Positions 1 to 9,986 of a stretch of 64,000 nucleotides of DNA are shown here, in pieces. A model generated the notes under the pieces. The model saw nothing but the letters and a program-made list of their open reading frames with translations, did not search any database and was not told where the DNA came from. Location: NCBI GenBank assembly GCA_963831295.1, contig CAWHPR010000003.1:387746-451745 (forward strand), given 5' to 3'. This stretch comes from an uncultured Thermoleophilia bacterium (GTDB lineage Bacteria > Actinomycetota > Thermoleophilia > UBA2241). Made by a program: the position numbers and the translations under genes. Position 1 is the first letter of the stretch; every line of letters starts with the position of its first letter.

Positions 1-1617
1 GGCGGGGTCGCCGACCGTGATGGCGCACGCGTGGACCCGGCCGTAGGGGTCGATCGCGAGGTCGCGGCAACCAGAGGCGCAGAGGTCGTTGCGGGCGCCG
101 ACCCGACGCCCCCACGAGGGGAGATTGTCGACGACGAGGCCGATCTCATCGGCGACCGCGACCAGCTCGTCGATGGCGGCGAGCAGGTCGTCCCCGTCGG
201 GGATGAGACTCTCGGGGCGGCCGTCATCGAGGCCACTGTCGCCGTCGGAAGAGCCGTCTGTGCCGCGCGCGCCGCCATGCTGGTGAGGAAGGATCAGGTG
301 GAGCCGGCCGACACCGGCCTGCCGCAGCTCGCGGGCGAGCTGCGGCAGGCCGGCGAGCACCGGCTCCACCAGCACCGTGTTGGCGACCGGGTCGAGGCCG
401 GCGGCCTGCAGGTTGGCGATCGACGTGAAGACCTCGGCGTGGTTGCCTTCGCCGCGCAGGGCGTCGTTGACCTCGCGAGGCCCGTCGATGCTGATGAGAG
501 GACGCAGACGGCCCTGTCCCGCGGCCGACAGCGCCGCGGCCGTCTCGCGACCGACGAAGCTGTTGAAGAAGAAGCGGGCCCCTGCGCCGTGGACACCGGT
601 CACGTGCCCGATCAACTCCGGCAGGTCGCGACGGAGGAGCGGGTCGCCGCCGAGAAACACGAAGCCACTCGCTCCCAGTGCTGCGCACTGGTCGATCGCG
701 TCCTTCCACTGCGACGTCGACAGTTCGCCGGGGGCTGCCGTGCGGTCACGGTTGTAGCAGTGCCGGCAGTGGTGGCCGCAGCGGTGCGTGACGTGGAGGT
801 AGATCTCGCGCAGGCGCTCGAGCGGCTGTCCGCGCAGAGGCGCCTCCCCGATCAGCCGGCGGAGGACGGGCAGGTCGCTGGCGTCGTCGACATCGACCCA
901 GAGCGGGAGCTGGCAGACCTCGAGGCCGCGCTCGGCGGCGCCGCACAGCGTCGCCGCGAACAGCGCGGCCGTGCCCATCGGCGTACCGTCAAGCAGTTCG
1001 CGCACCTGGTCTCCGCGTGCGTGCCAGGTGCCGGCGTCTGTCCCGATGAGGTAGTAGCCGCCGTCGGCGGCCGGGCCGACGACGAGCCGCCCGGCCGGGG
1101 ACGGCGTCTTCGCGGCTGCGACGGCGTCGCGCAGGTACCGCGCAGGGATCGGTGGGCTGTCGCTGTTCACCACGACCACGCCGCTCGCGCCCTGCGCGAA
1201 GAGGTCGGCGAAGACCCCGCTCAGACGCTCGGCGAGCGTGCGTCCGGTCTGAGGCCGAACGTGCCATGCTGTCGCGCCGTCATCGGTCTCCGTCGCCGCC
1301 CGGCGTGCGGGTGTCGAGCTGAGCGCTGCGAGGTCGCGGAAGAAGCGGGTGGCGTCCGCACTGGCTTCATCGTCACCGCGCGCCAGAGCGACGACGCGCG
1401 AGCAGTCCCGGATCGCCTCGCCCTGGCCGAGCGTGCCCGCCAGCAGACCCGCGTAGATCTCGAGGGCGCGGCCCTCACCCACGTCGGCGGCCAGCCGCGT
1501 CTTGACCTCGCCGGGCACGAGCGCCCGCGCCATGACCACCAGCGCGGGTCGGCCGGCGACGCTCGGCGGCGACGCGGCCGCATCGTGTGTCGGCGTCGGG
1601 CCTGCTCCGCCCGTCAC
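1..1617 (-). CDS. DUF2064-like (nucleotidyltransferase fold) domain fused to a radical SAM / Cys-rich C-terminal domain protein; 3' end lies beyond the window
   Basis: This minus frame is absent from the ORF track because it runs off the left edge. My translation reads ..ALVVMARALVPGEVKTRLAADVGEGRALEIY..VVVVNSDSP..VVGPAADGGYYLIGTD..WVDVDDASDL (DUF2064-type). It continues with no stop into ..LHVTHRCGHHCRHCYN..FLGGDPLL.. (CX3CX2C radical SAM) and ..CASGCRDLAIDPYGRVHAC. Start is GTG 1617 (alternative ATG 1533). The plus ORF 31..1677 is its antisense shadow. Confidence 0.7.
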   Translation of the reverse strand, partial: MTGGAGPTPTHDAAASPPSVAGRPALVVMARALVPGEVKTRLAADVGEGRALEIYAGLLAGTLGQGEAIRDCSRVVALARGDDEASADATRFFRDLAALSSTPARRAATETDDGATAWHVRPQTGRTLAERLSGVFADLFAQGASGVVVVNSDSPPIPARYLRDAVAAAKTPSPAGRLVVGPAADGGYYLIGTDAGTWHARGDQVRELLDGTPMGTAALFAATLCGAAERGLEVCQLPLWVDVDDASDLPVLRRLIGEAPLRGQPLERLREIYLHVTHRCGHHCRHCYNRDRTAAPGELSTSQWKDAIDQCAALGASGFVFLGGDPLLRRDLPELIGHVTGVHGAGARFFFNSFVGRETAAALSAAGQGRLRPLISIDGPREVNDALRGEGNHAEVFTSIANLQAAGLDPVANTVLVEPVLAGLPQLARELRQAGVGRLHLILPHQHGGARGTDGSSDGDSGLDDGRPESLIPDGDDLLAAIDELVAVADEIGLVVDNLPSWGRRVGARNDLCASGCRDLAIDPYGRVHACAITVGDPA

Positions 1618-1680
1618 CGGCGCGCCGTCGTCGGGATCCTGGTCATCAGAGCCTCACGATCATGGGCGCCGGCCTAATCG

Positions 1681-3039
1681 TCACGGCTCTTGTGACCGCG
1701 GCCGTGCGTCCTCGTGGTCGCCTCCATTATGGGAGCCGGGAGCCATAACGGACAAGCCGACTCCGGTCTCGCGCCGCCACCACGCCTGCATCAGACGCGG
1801 CACGCCCGCCAGCGCGGGCAGGTAGGTGACGATCGAGACGACGCGATCGAGTGCGTGGGATCCCCGGCCGGCGCGCGTAGCCGACCGGCGCCGCGAGACC
1901 GAGGAGGAGCGGCGTCCAGACGCCAGCGGCGAGGCCGAGCGCCGCGGGGCCGATCCAGTACCAGGGGTGGACGCCGGGAGAAGCAGCATCACGAGTGTCC
2001 ACGACCAAGCGAAGACGGCGGCGGTCTGCTCGCGCCCGCGCAGGCGCAAGGACAGCGTGAGGAGGCCGGCGACGGCGAGGGCGACGCACGCCGCCCTCGC
2101 CGTCGCCGGCCCCGTCGCCGCGTCAAGGAGCCCGAACACCGCCGATCCGGCCTTCCAGTCGCGTCCCCGCCTCGGCGAGCGAGCCGACGAGCCCGCCGGT
2201 CAGAGCGTAGGGCAGCGCCGGCAGCGCCAGCGCCGGCACGAACCCGAGGAGGAATGGCAGCGGCCGTGCCCGTCGGCCGAGCAGCGCGGGCACGACCAGC
2301 GCGAGCGGCGTCACCTTGACGAGGGCCGCGACACCGAGGGCGACGCCGGCCGCCGTGTCGCGTCGGCGCACGAGCAGCCCCGCCGCGACGACCACGAACA
2401 GGACTCCGACGACGTCGAGATGCGCCGACCACCACGTCTCGACGATGCAGAACGGGCAGGCGAGATAGAGCAGCAGCGCCTGCCGCCGCCGTCGGGTGTC
2501 GGCGAGCCACCAGATCGCGGCGGCGGCGAGCAGGTCGGCGGCGCCCAGCACCAGCTTGAGGGCGGTGAGCCCGCCACCGAGACCGGCGAGCACGAGGAAC
2601 AACGCTTGGGCGAGCGGCGGGTAGGGCGTCCGCAGGTCGCGGGTGGTTGACCGACTCACGTCCGGTGAACGCGACCTCGTCCAGGCGGGCGTCCTTTGGT
2701 GCGTAGAGGTAGGGGTTGATCGCCAGCCAGCTGGACGCGCCCGTCCCAGAGGTAGCGTTGGTAGTCGTCCGTGAGGGCGGGCGCGACCGGCAGGAAGGCG
2801 AGCCGCGCGAGAAGAGCGACGCACAGCACGGCGCGCAGCGGGAGGGCGTCGCGGGCCGAGGCCAACAGCAAGAAGCCGGCGACGGCGACGGCGTACACTA
2901 GGACGTAGCGGGAGGCCGGTGTCCGCAAGCCGCCGGCAACGGCCGGTCCGAGCAGCCCGGCCGCGAGGAGCGCGAGACCCAGCCAGGCACGAGACGATGG
3001 ACGCGACAGTACCCGGACCCACTCTGCCGCGCGGCTCAT
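1681..3039 (-). CDS. Polytopic membrane glycosyltransferase, DUF2029/GT87-like; at least 4 frameshifts
   Basis: The N-terminus (ORF 2656..3039) ends in TDDYQRYLWDGRVQLAG. This continues in another frame as INPYLYAPKDARLDEV, then in the frame of ORF 2123..3187 as TPYPPLAQALFLVLAGLGGGLTALKL...LVKVTPLALVVPALL. The C-terminal TM segments are spread over ORFs 1727..2089 and 1681..2139. Confidence 0.55.
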
Positions 3040-3053
3040 GGCCGCATCCCTCG

Positions 3054-3777
3054 GTGCGCGTGGTCGTGCCGGTGCTCGACGAGGCGGAGGCGCTGCCCGG
3101 CCTCCTCGCCGAACTCGCCGAGCTCGGCCTGCTCGGCCACACGCTGTTCGTGGACAACGGCTCGCGGGACGGCGGCCCGGAGCTCATCCGTGCCGCCGGC
3201 GGCGAGGTGCTGTGCGAGCCGCGGCGCGGCTACGGGTACCCGTGTCTGACCGGGGCCCGCGCGGCCGCCGCGCGCGGGGCCGCCGTCATCGTCTTCATGG
3301 AGGCCGACGGCACCGACGACCCGGCGGAGGTACAGGTCCTGGCGCAGCCGGTGCTCGACACCGCCGCCGACCTCGTCATCGGCTCGCGCCGCGGCGCCGT
3401 CCGCGGCGCCGACCGCCGGCCGCATGCCCCTGCACCAGCGCCTCGGCAACGAGTGGCTGGCGGCCAGCCTGACGGTCCTCTTCGGTCTCCGGCTCAGTGA
3501 TGACGGCCCCTTTCGCGCCATCCGCACCGACCTCCTCGAGCGGCTGCGGCTCGAGGAGCGCGCCTACGCCTTCCCGACCGAGATGGCCGTGAAGGCGCAT
3601 CTCGTGGGCGCCCGCATCGTGACGCGCGACACGAGCTATCGGGAGCGGGCCGGGTGCTCGAAGATCGCCGGCACCTGGCTCGGCTCCCTGCGCGCCGTGC
3701 GCGACATCGTGTGGTGCGTCACGCGTCTGCGCCTGCGCGGCTTCGCCCTCGAGTCGCCGACTCCCCGGCGCCTCTGA
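3054..3777 (+). CDS. Family 2 glycosyltransferase (dolichyl-phosphate mannose synthase-like); 1 frameshift near 3410
   Basis: VRVVVPVLDEAEALPGLL..LFVDNGSRDGGPE..FMEADGTDDP..DLVIGSRRG (ORF 2919..3500) continues as MPLHQRLGNEWLAASLTVLFGLRLSDDGPFRAIR (ORF 3424..3777). The GTG at 3054 avoids overlap with the divergent gene. Confidence 0.7.
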
Positions 3778-3803
3778 ACCGGCCGCCGGGCGCTGCGGCC
3801 GCG

Positions 3804-4295
3804 TCAGTAGACCGGCAACTTCGGCCGCGGCGTCCGCGCTGCGAGAACGGCGTCCACACCGAGGGTGCGACCCGACTGCGAGAACGCCACGGCGAACAGC
3901 ACCAGCAGCATGATCAGGTAGGTGCCCGGCCACTCGGTCGGAGTCCCCGAAGTGGCCAGCAGCAGGTTGAGCTGGAAGGCGCCGCCCGCCAGTCCCGCGA
4001 CCGGGGTGAACAGCCCGACGAGGAGGAAGAGCCCCATGACGACGAGCTCGGCGACGAGCTGGCCGTACGCGAACACGGCTGCGTTGGGGATGACCACGTC
4101 GTTGAGCAGGTCGGCGTAGAAGCCCACCTTGGTCGTGTCGGCATACTCTTGGACGAAGTCAGCCCAGCGTTCGGGCGCGTAGAGGTCTTTCCTCAGATTG
4201 TCAGCCCACACGGCGAGAAAGATGCCGCCCATCATGACGCGGAGACCAGCCATCATGAGCTCGCTGCGGGCGCTCCGCGTGCGCCAGAGAGTCAC
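3804..4295 (-). CDS. DoxX family membrane protein
   Basis: Intact 163-aa ORF with four hydrophobic segments and DoxX-like sequence (GLRVMMGGIFLAVWADNL..AELVVMGLFLLVGLFTPVAGL). GAGGAGG sits 4 nt upstream of the GTG start. Confidence 0.8.
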   Translation of the reverse strand: MTLWRTRSARSELMMAGLRVMMGGIFLAVWADNLRKDLYAPERWADFVQEYADTTKVGFYADLLNDVVIPNAAVFAYGQLVAELVVMGLFLLVGLFTPVAGLAGGAFQLNLLLATSGTPTEWPGTYLIMLLVLFAVAFSQSGRTLGVDAVLAARTPRPKLPVY

Positions 4296-4425
4296 GGTCC
4301 CTCCTCGTCGGTTGCCGGGGGGATACCCTGTGAGGGGGGACGGTCGAACCTCTCGTGGCTCGTCGCCGCCTGTGGCGGTGCTGCGGGTGGGCTGAGCGGC
4401 GGACCGCTCGGCTCGCCGGTTCGCC

Positions 4426-4707
4426 TCAGCCGCCGGCGACCGGCGGCAGCAGCTCGACCCGGTCGCCGTCGGCGAGCTCCGTCGCCATCATCGCCTGCGG
4501 GGCGAGGAACACGCCGTTCAGGATGACGCTGACGAGGGGCCGGCCCTCGAAGAGCAGCCGGCCGGCCAGGGTGGGGCGGGCGGCGGCGACGGCGTGGAGC
4601 AGGTCGCGGACGGTGTCGGCCTCGCAGGGCAGCTCCTCCGCGCCGCTCGGCGCGGTGAGCGAGGCGGGGAGCGCGACCTCCACGCGGGGCCTCGACGATG
4701 GCGCCAT
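4426..4707 (-). CDS. MoaD/ThiS-type ubiquitin-like sulfur-carrier protein (C-terminal Gly-Gly)
   Basis: A 93-aa ORF ending ..GDRVELLPPVAGG-stop. Alternative start GTG 4683 (VEVALPASL..) is preceded by GAGG. Confidence 0.7.
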   Translation of the reverse strand: MAPSSRPRVEVALPASLTAPSGAEELPCEADTVRDLLHAVAAARPTLAGRLLFEGRPLVSVILNGVFLAPQAMMATELADGDRVELLPPVAGG

Positions 4708-4719
4708 CGACGGGCTCTT

Positions 4720-5645
4720 CTACTCGATCATCCGCTCGACGGCGCGCAGCGCCTTCTCGCGGATGTCGGGCGCGACGCGCACCTCGTGCCGCTCGGCGTC
4801 GTCGAACTCGTCGACCGAGGGTCGCGACGCAGCGCTCGAGCGTCGTGAGCTTCATGTCCGGGCAGACGACGCGCGCCGAGGCCGCCACGAAGCGCCGATC
4901 TGGGTAGAGGCGTTCGAGCCGGTGCAGCAGGCCGGTCTCGGTGGCGATGATGAACGTGGAGCGCGGCGTTCTTCGCCGGCTCGCGCAGCATGCCCGAAGT
5001 GCTGGTCACGAGGTCGGCCATCTCGAGGACCTCGCGTCGGCACTCGGGGTGGGCGAGGACGACGGCCTCGGGGTGGGCCGTCCTGGCGGCCTCGATCTGG
5101 GCCGTCGTGATCGCGTCGTGCACGTGGCAGTACCCCGGCCACAGGATCATCCGCCGCCCCGTCATCCGGTTCACGTAGTCGCCGAGGTTGCGGTCGGGGA
5201 CGAAGATGATCTCCTGGTCGGCCGCGAACCGCTGGACGACCTGGACCGCGTTGGCGCTCGTGCAGCAGACATCAGTCTCTGCTTTGACCTCGGCCGAGGT
5301 GTTCACGTACGAGACGACGACGGCCTCCGGGTGCTCCGCCTTGAGGCGGCGGAGCCCTTCGGCCGTCGCCATGTTCGCCATGGGGCAACCGGCGCGCGGC
5401 TCGGGCATGAGCACGGTCTTCTCCGGCGAGAGGATGGAGGCCGTCTCGGCCATGAAGCGGACGCCGCAGAAGAGGATGACCTTCGCGTCGGTCGCCGCCG
5501 CCTTGCGGGCGAGCTCGAGCGAGTCGCCGGTGTGGTCGGCCGCGTCCTGCACCTCGGGGCGCTGGTAGTTGTGGGCGAGGATCACAGCGTCGCGCTCGCG
5601 CGCGAGGCGGCGCAGCTCGAGCTTGAGGTCGTCGTGGTCGGCCAT
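4720..5645 (-). CDS. nadA: Quinolinate synthase NadA; 2 frameshifts (near 4930 and 4800)
   Basis: MADHDDLKLELRRLARERDAVILAHNYQRPEVQD..FCGVRFMAETA..VSYVNTSAEVKA..CTSANAV..LWPGYCHVH..LAHPEC (tail of ORF 4728..7535). This is followed by CPDMKLTTLERCVATL (ORF 4292..4888 frame), then DEFDDAERHEVRVAPDIREKALRAVERMIE-stop at 4720. Confidence 0.85.
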
Positions 5646-5737
5646 GGTGTCACCCGCCGTTCGGAGGCTGCTCTGCTGGTGGACGAGTATACGACGGGCC
5701 GGGCGGGCTCGCTGCGCGAGCCCTTCGGCGGAGCGAC

Positions 5738-6419
5738 TCAGCCCGCTTCGCGGGCGTCCTCGCTCCGCTCCTCCCCGCCGTCTTCGCCGCGCACCGCCGC
5801 CAGCCGCTTCTTGAAGCCGGTCTCCTCCATGATGGTCTGCACTTCGGCGACAACGTCGTCGGGCGGGTAGAGGTCGCCGAGACCGAGCTTCTCGCGGATC
5901 TCGAGCAGGTGGTCCATGTAGTCGGTCCACTTCTCGCCCCACGCCTCGAAGACGCCGGGGAACATGAGATGCGGGTTGCCGCCCATCCCCTTGTCGTAGA
6001 AGTTGCCGCACCATTCGGCGAACATCTCGACGTGCCGGCGCCCGGCGCCCATCTCCACCTGCAGGCCGCGGACGACCTGATTGATGACCGCGACCGAGTT
6101 GTGACGCGGGCAGCGGCTCTGGCAGGTGTAGCAGTAGAAGCAGTACCAGATCGCGTCGTCGGTGAGCAGGCTCTCGTCGCCCTCGAGGGCGCGGCGCGCG
6201 GTCTCGCGCGGCGAGTACTCGGTGAAGCGCGCGGCGGGGCAGCCCGAGGTGCAGATGCCGCACTGGATGCAGCTCTGGAAGCCGTCCTTGTGGTCGTGCA
6301 TGCGCGGGTCGTTCGAGGATGCGGGCGACGAGCTCCGGGTCGCGCTTCGGCGCCGAGGTGAAGCTGTTGTCGGCGATGAGCGCGCGCGGTCCGTCGGGCG
6401 TCGTCTTCTCGTCAGGCAT
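5738..6419 (-). CDS. HdrC-like 2x[4Fe-4S] protein; 1 frameshift near 6310
   Basis: MPDEKTTPDGPRALIADNSF.. joins CIQCGICTSGCPAARF...WYCFYCYTCQSRCPRHN (ORF 5738..6538). The start overlaps the upstream gene's end by 8 nt. Confidence 0.75.
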
Positions 6420-7588
6420 CGGTCGCGGCCTCCGGGGGCGTCTCTGCGGCCGAGAAGAACTCGGGCCAGAAGTGGACGGGGACGTCGAGCTTGAGCTGCC
6501 GCGCGGCGGAGCGGACGTTGTCGCGGCAGAGCACGCACGGGGTGACGATGGGGGCCTTCTGCCCGGCGGCATAGCGCAGCAGGCGCTCACTGCCCTTGGT
6601 GGCGCCGCGGTACATGCCGCCGAGGGCGCCGCAGCAGGCGCTGTGCAGGGTCGGGAAGTCGAGGCGCAGGTCGGCGCCCGAGAGCTCGGCGGCGGCGGCC
6701 AGCGCCGCCAAGCGCCGCGTCGCGGTCGGCGAGGCAGCCGACGTAGGGGACGAAGGCGGGCGCGGCGGCTCGCAGGGCGAAGCCCTGACGTCGCGCCCGC
6801 TCCGCCAGCGTGTCCCAGAGAGGCGCGGTCGAGATGCCGGCCTCCGCGAGGCTGGCGTCGCAGGCCGGGCAGGCGGTGTAGACGAGCTGGTCCGGCCGGA
6901 AGTGGCTCGTCACGGCGCCGCGGCTCGGGTGGCCGCAGCAGCCGGCGTCTCTCTGCCTCGTCGAGGACGACGCCGAAGCCGGCGGCCACTTCGTGGACGC
7001 GGGCGTGCAGGGCGCCGTCCTGGGGCAGTGCGCAGCCGGCGTAGAAGGGCAGCGTGAGGGCGTCCGGGCCGGCGGACTTGGCCGCTCTGCGGGCGGCCGC
7101 GGGGCCGGCCCCTCGCCGGCCGGGGACCATCTGTGTCGTCGCCTTGAAGCCCGCCTCGGCGGCGCCGACGAGGTCGCGCGGCACGTGACCGCGGCTCGCC
7201 ATCGTGGCGCCGAAGACGAGGTTGTCGATGCGCGGGTGACCGCTCGAGCCGCCGCGCGGCGACCTCGGCCGCCGATCGTTCCGGGCAGCGCAGACGGCCG
7301 CTCTCGCGCTCGATGGCGCGGAGACGCCGCAAGCACGTCCGCGACGTCGATGTCCATGCGGCAGGCGTCGGTGCAGGCGCCGCACTCGGTGCAGCGCCAG
7401 AGGTCGTCGGAGTCGAGAACGACCGCGATCTCGCCGGCGAGGATCAGGCGCACCAGGCGCCGGGGCCCGCGGTAGAGGTCGCGGCCGTTCGGACAGCTCG
7501 AGGTGCACTGGCCGCACTGGTAGCACATGACGCACTCCTCGGCGAGCTGCTCGAACTCGGCGACCACGGTGTCAGCGTACGTGGGCAC
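6412..7588 (-). CDS. HdrD-like fusion: N-terminal 2x[4Fe-4S] ferredoxin domain plus two CCG (HdrB-type) domains; at least 3 frameshifts
   Basis: The pieces are:
- VPTYADTVVAEFEQLAEECVMCYQCGQCTSSCP..WRCTECGACTDACR (ORF 6587..7828 frame)
- LTLPFYAGCALPQDGALHARVHEVAAGFGVVL (4728..7535 frame)
- DAGCCGHP..YTACPACDASL..FVPYVGCLAD
- HSACCGALGGMY..TPCVLCRDN (ORF 6412..6711)

GGGAGG lies 8 nt upstream of GTG 7588. Confidence 0.65.
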
Positions 7589-9986
7589 AGTCTTCACCTC
7601 CCACGCAGGCCGGGGTCTCGGACCCGGCGAGGAGGGCGAGCTCGCGCTCGAGGGCGGCGAGCTCGGCCGTGTCACCGGTCGCCCGCGCGTGGAAGAGGCG
7701 AAGGCGCCGGGCCACGCTCGTGTGGTCGACGGCGCAGAGGTGCCACTGCTCGATGGGCACGGGCAGGCCGGCTTCGGCGAGCAGCTCCTCGGCCAGGTGG
7801 CGCTGCTCTGCCGCGCTGGCGTCTCCACTGCGGTAGTGACAGCGGCCCTCGGCGCAGCCGGCGAGGAACACGCCGGCTGCGCCGAGCCGGACCGCCTCCA
7901 CGATGTGCAGGGCGCTCACACGGCCGACACAGGGGAGCTCCACGAGACACACGTCCTCGGGGTAGCGGTCGCGGTGCTGGCCGCTCAGAGAGAGGGCGGC
8001 ACCGGCGCACTCCTTGCAGTAGAAGCCCACGACCGGCCGGTCGACGCCGCGCGTCAAGGTCGCGAGGCGGCCGAACATCGCCTCGTCGGTCAGGTTGTGG
8101 GTGATGGCGACCTCAGGGCAGACCGCGGCGCAGATGCCGCAGGCGAGGCAGACCTGATCGTCGATGACGGCCAGCTTGCCGTCGTCCTTGACCTTCGCCG
8201 GGCGCGGCGCGTCGCCGGGGCGGTCGACCAGCGCGATGGCGCCGGACGGGCACATCTTCATGCAGGTGTCGCAGCCGACACAGGCCGCGGCGTCCACCGT
8301 GGAAGCCGGGCTCTTGCGCCGCCCCGCCGAGCTCAGGAAGTTGTGGATCTCGCTGGCCACGGCCGACGCTTCGGTCGTGACCTCGCTGAGCGCCTTGGGG
8401 CCGGCGGCGGAACCGCAGACGAAGATGCCCTCGCCTGTCGTCTCTGTGACGCGGTGCTTGCGGTCGAGGATGTCGACGAAGCCGTCCTCGTCGAGCTGGA
8501 TCCCGAGCGTCTCGGCGAGCTCGTGGGTCTCGGCTGCGGGCACCATCCCGGCGGAGAGCACGACGACGTCGGGGCGCAGCACCATCGTGCGCGCCGCGGT
8601 CACGTCCTCGAGCTCGATGACGGGCTTCCCTTCACCGTCGAACTGCACCTCCGGCGGCGTGCCGCGCAGGAACTCGACGCCGGCGCGCCGAGCCGCGAGG
8701 AACCAGTTCTCGTAGCCGATGCCGGCGGTCCTCATCTCGAGGTAGCAGATCGTGACCTTCATCTGCGGGAAGAGCTGCTTGAGGCGCATGGCGTGCTTGA
8801 GCGCGATCATGCAGCAGAGGCGCGAGCAGTAGTGCAGCCGCTTGCGGTCGCGGGAGCCGGCGCACTGGACCATCACGACGTGCTGCGCCGGCACCAGGCC
8901 GAGGGCCGCCTGGTCCTCCCACTCGTCCATCATCTCGGCGAGCTCGACCTGGGTGATGACGTGGTCGTGGCCGTAGCCCAGGTACTCGAGCAGCCCGGAC
9001 GGCGCCGGCTCGCAGCCGACGGCGGTCAGGATCGCCCCGACGCGCACCGTCTCGCGGACGGGCGACTGCGTGAAGTCGATGGCGTCGACCGGGCACTCCT
9101 CCACGCACTTCCCGCAGAAGGTGCAGGTCTCGAGATCGACGGTCCGTACCACGCGCCCGTCGTAGTACTCGGTGTAGATCGCCTTCTTGCCCGGCTCCTC
9201 GGAGGCGACGGGGCAGACCGTCTCGCAGGTGCCGCAGTTGACGCAGGTCCCGGTCACGATGTTGGGGAGGCGGCGGAGCGCGACTTCGAAGTCGCCGGGG
9301 CGGCCCTTGACCGACTCGACCGTGGTCCGCCGCCAGATGTGCAGGTTCGGGTGGTCGATGACCTGGTTGCGGTGGAAGCACTTGCGCACGCCGGCCTGCT
9401 GGTCGCTGGTCGGCAAGCACTGGCCGCAGTCGTTGGTCGGGAAGACGGTGCCGATGCGGGCGGCCCGTCCGCCGAGGAAGGGCCGCCGCTCGACGAGCTC
9501 CACGCTGTGGCCCATCTGGGCGATCTCGGCGGCGGCCTGCGTGCCGGCGACGCCGCCGCCGATGACGAGCACGCCGTCGCGGCGGCGGACATGGGCGAGC
9601 TGGTCCGCCACGGCGGCGGGGTAGGCGACCGCCGCCTCGACGAGGCGGATCGCCTTGTCGGTCACCGCCGCGACGTCGTGGTCGTGGACCCAGCTGCAGC
9701 CCTCGCGGATGTCGGCGATCTCGAGGTGCAGGCCGCGGGCGCGCAGCTTCTGGAAGCGGCGCGCCGCGAAGTCGGTCGAGCAGCCGGCGAAGACGAGCTT
9801 GCGCCCGTCGCCGGCCTCCATCAGCTCGAGCAGGCGCGCCATGCCCTCGCGGCTGCACCAGTGCCGGCCGCGCAGCACTTCGGCGTGCTCGCGCGCGGCC
9901 GTCTCGAGCCGGTCGAAGTCGATGTTGTCCATCGTGCCGGCGCACTCGCAGAGGAGGACGAGAGGGGTGGTCGCCGGCGCGCTCAC
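7572..9986 (-). CDS. HdrA-like FAD/FeS oxidoreductase with C-terminal MvhD-like domain (fusion), intact
   Basis: The in-frame part of ORF 7572..10544 starts at GTG 9986, with GGAGG 7 nt upstream. Motifs:
- LLCECAGTMD, VLVIGGGVAGTQAA
- CVNCGTCETVCP, CTFCGKCVEECP, CSRLCC, CVGCDTCMKMCP, CLACGICAAVCP
- then VVGFYCKECAG..LVELPCVGRVSALHIVEAVRLGAAGVFLAGCAEGRCHY (MvhD signature). Confidence 0.85.
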   Translation of the reverse strand: MSAPATTPLVLLCECAGTMDNIDFDRLETAAREHAEVLRGRHWCSREGMARLLELMEAGDGRKLVFAGCSTDFAARRFQKLRARGLHLEIADIREGCSWVHDHDVAAVTDKAIRLVEAAVAYPAAVADQLAHVRRRDGVLVIGGGVAGTQAAAEIAQMGHSVELVERRPFLGGRAARIGTVFPTNDCGQCLPTSDQQAGVRKCFHRNQVIDHPNLHIWRRTTVESVKGRPGDFEVALRRLPNIVTGTCVNCGTCETVCPVASEEPGKKAIYTEYYDGRVVRTVDLETCTFCGKCVEECPVDAIDFTQSPVRETVRVGAILTAVGCEPAPSGLLEYLGYGHDHVITQVELAEMMDEWEDQAALGLVPAQHVVMVQCAGSRDRKRLHYCSRLCCMIALKHAMRLKQLFPQMKVTICYLEMRTAGIGYENWFLAARRAGVEFLRGTPPEVQFDGEGKPVIELEDVTAARTMVLRPDVVVLSAGMVPAAETHELAETLGIQLDEDGFVDILDRKHRVTETTGEGIFVCGSAAGPKALSEVTTEASAVASEIHNFLSSAGRRKSPASTVDAAACVGCDTCMKMCPSGAIALVDRPGDAPRPAKVKDDGKLAVIDDQVCLACGICAAVCPEVAITHNLTDEAMFGRLATLTRGVDRPVVGFYCKECAGAALSLSGQHRDRYPEDVCLVELPCVGRVSALHIVEAVRLGAAGVFLAGCAEGRCHYRSGDASAAEQRHLAEELLAEAGLPVPIEQWHLCAVDHTSVARRLRLFHARATGDTAELAALERELALLAGSETPACVGGEDCAHVR

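Noticed and set aside
31-1677. A 548-aa plus-strand ORF covering the left end of the window.
   Set aside because: Its composition is a typical antisense shadow (Arg/Ala/Gly/Asp/Val-rich, with no motifs). The opposite strand encodes a clear DUF2064 + radical SAM protein over the same span.
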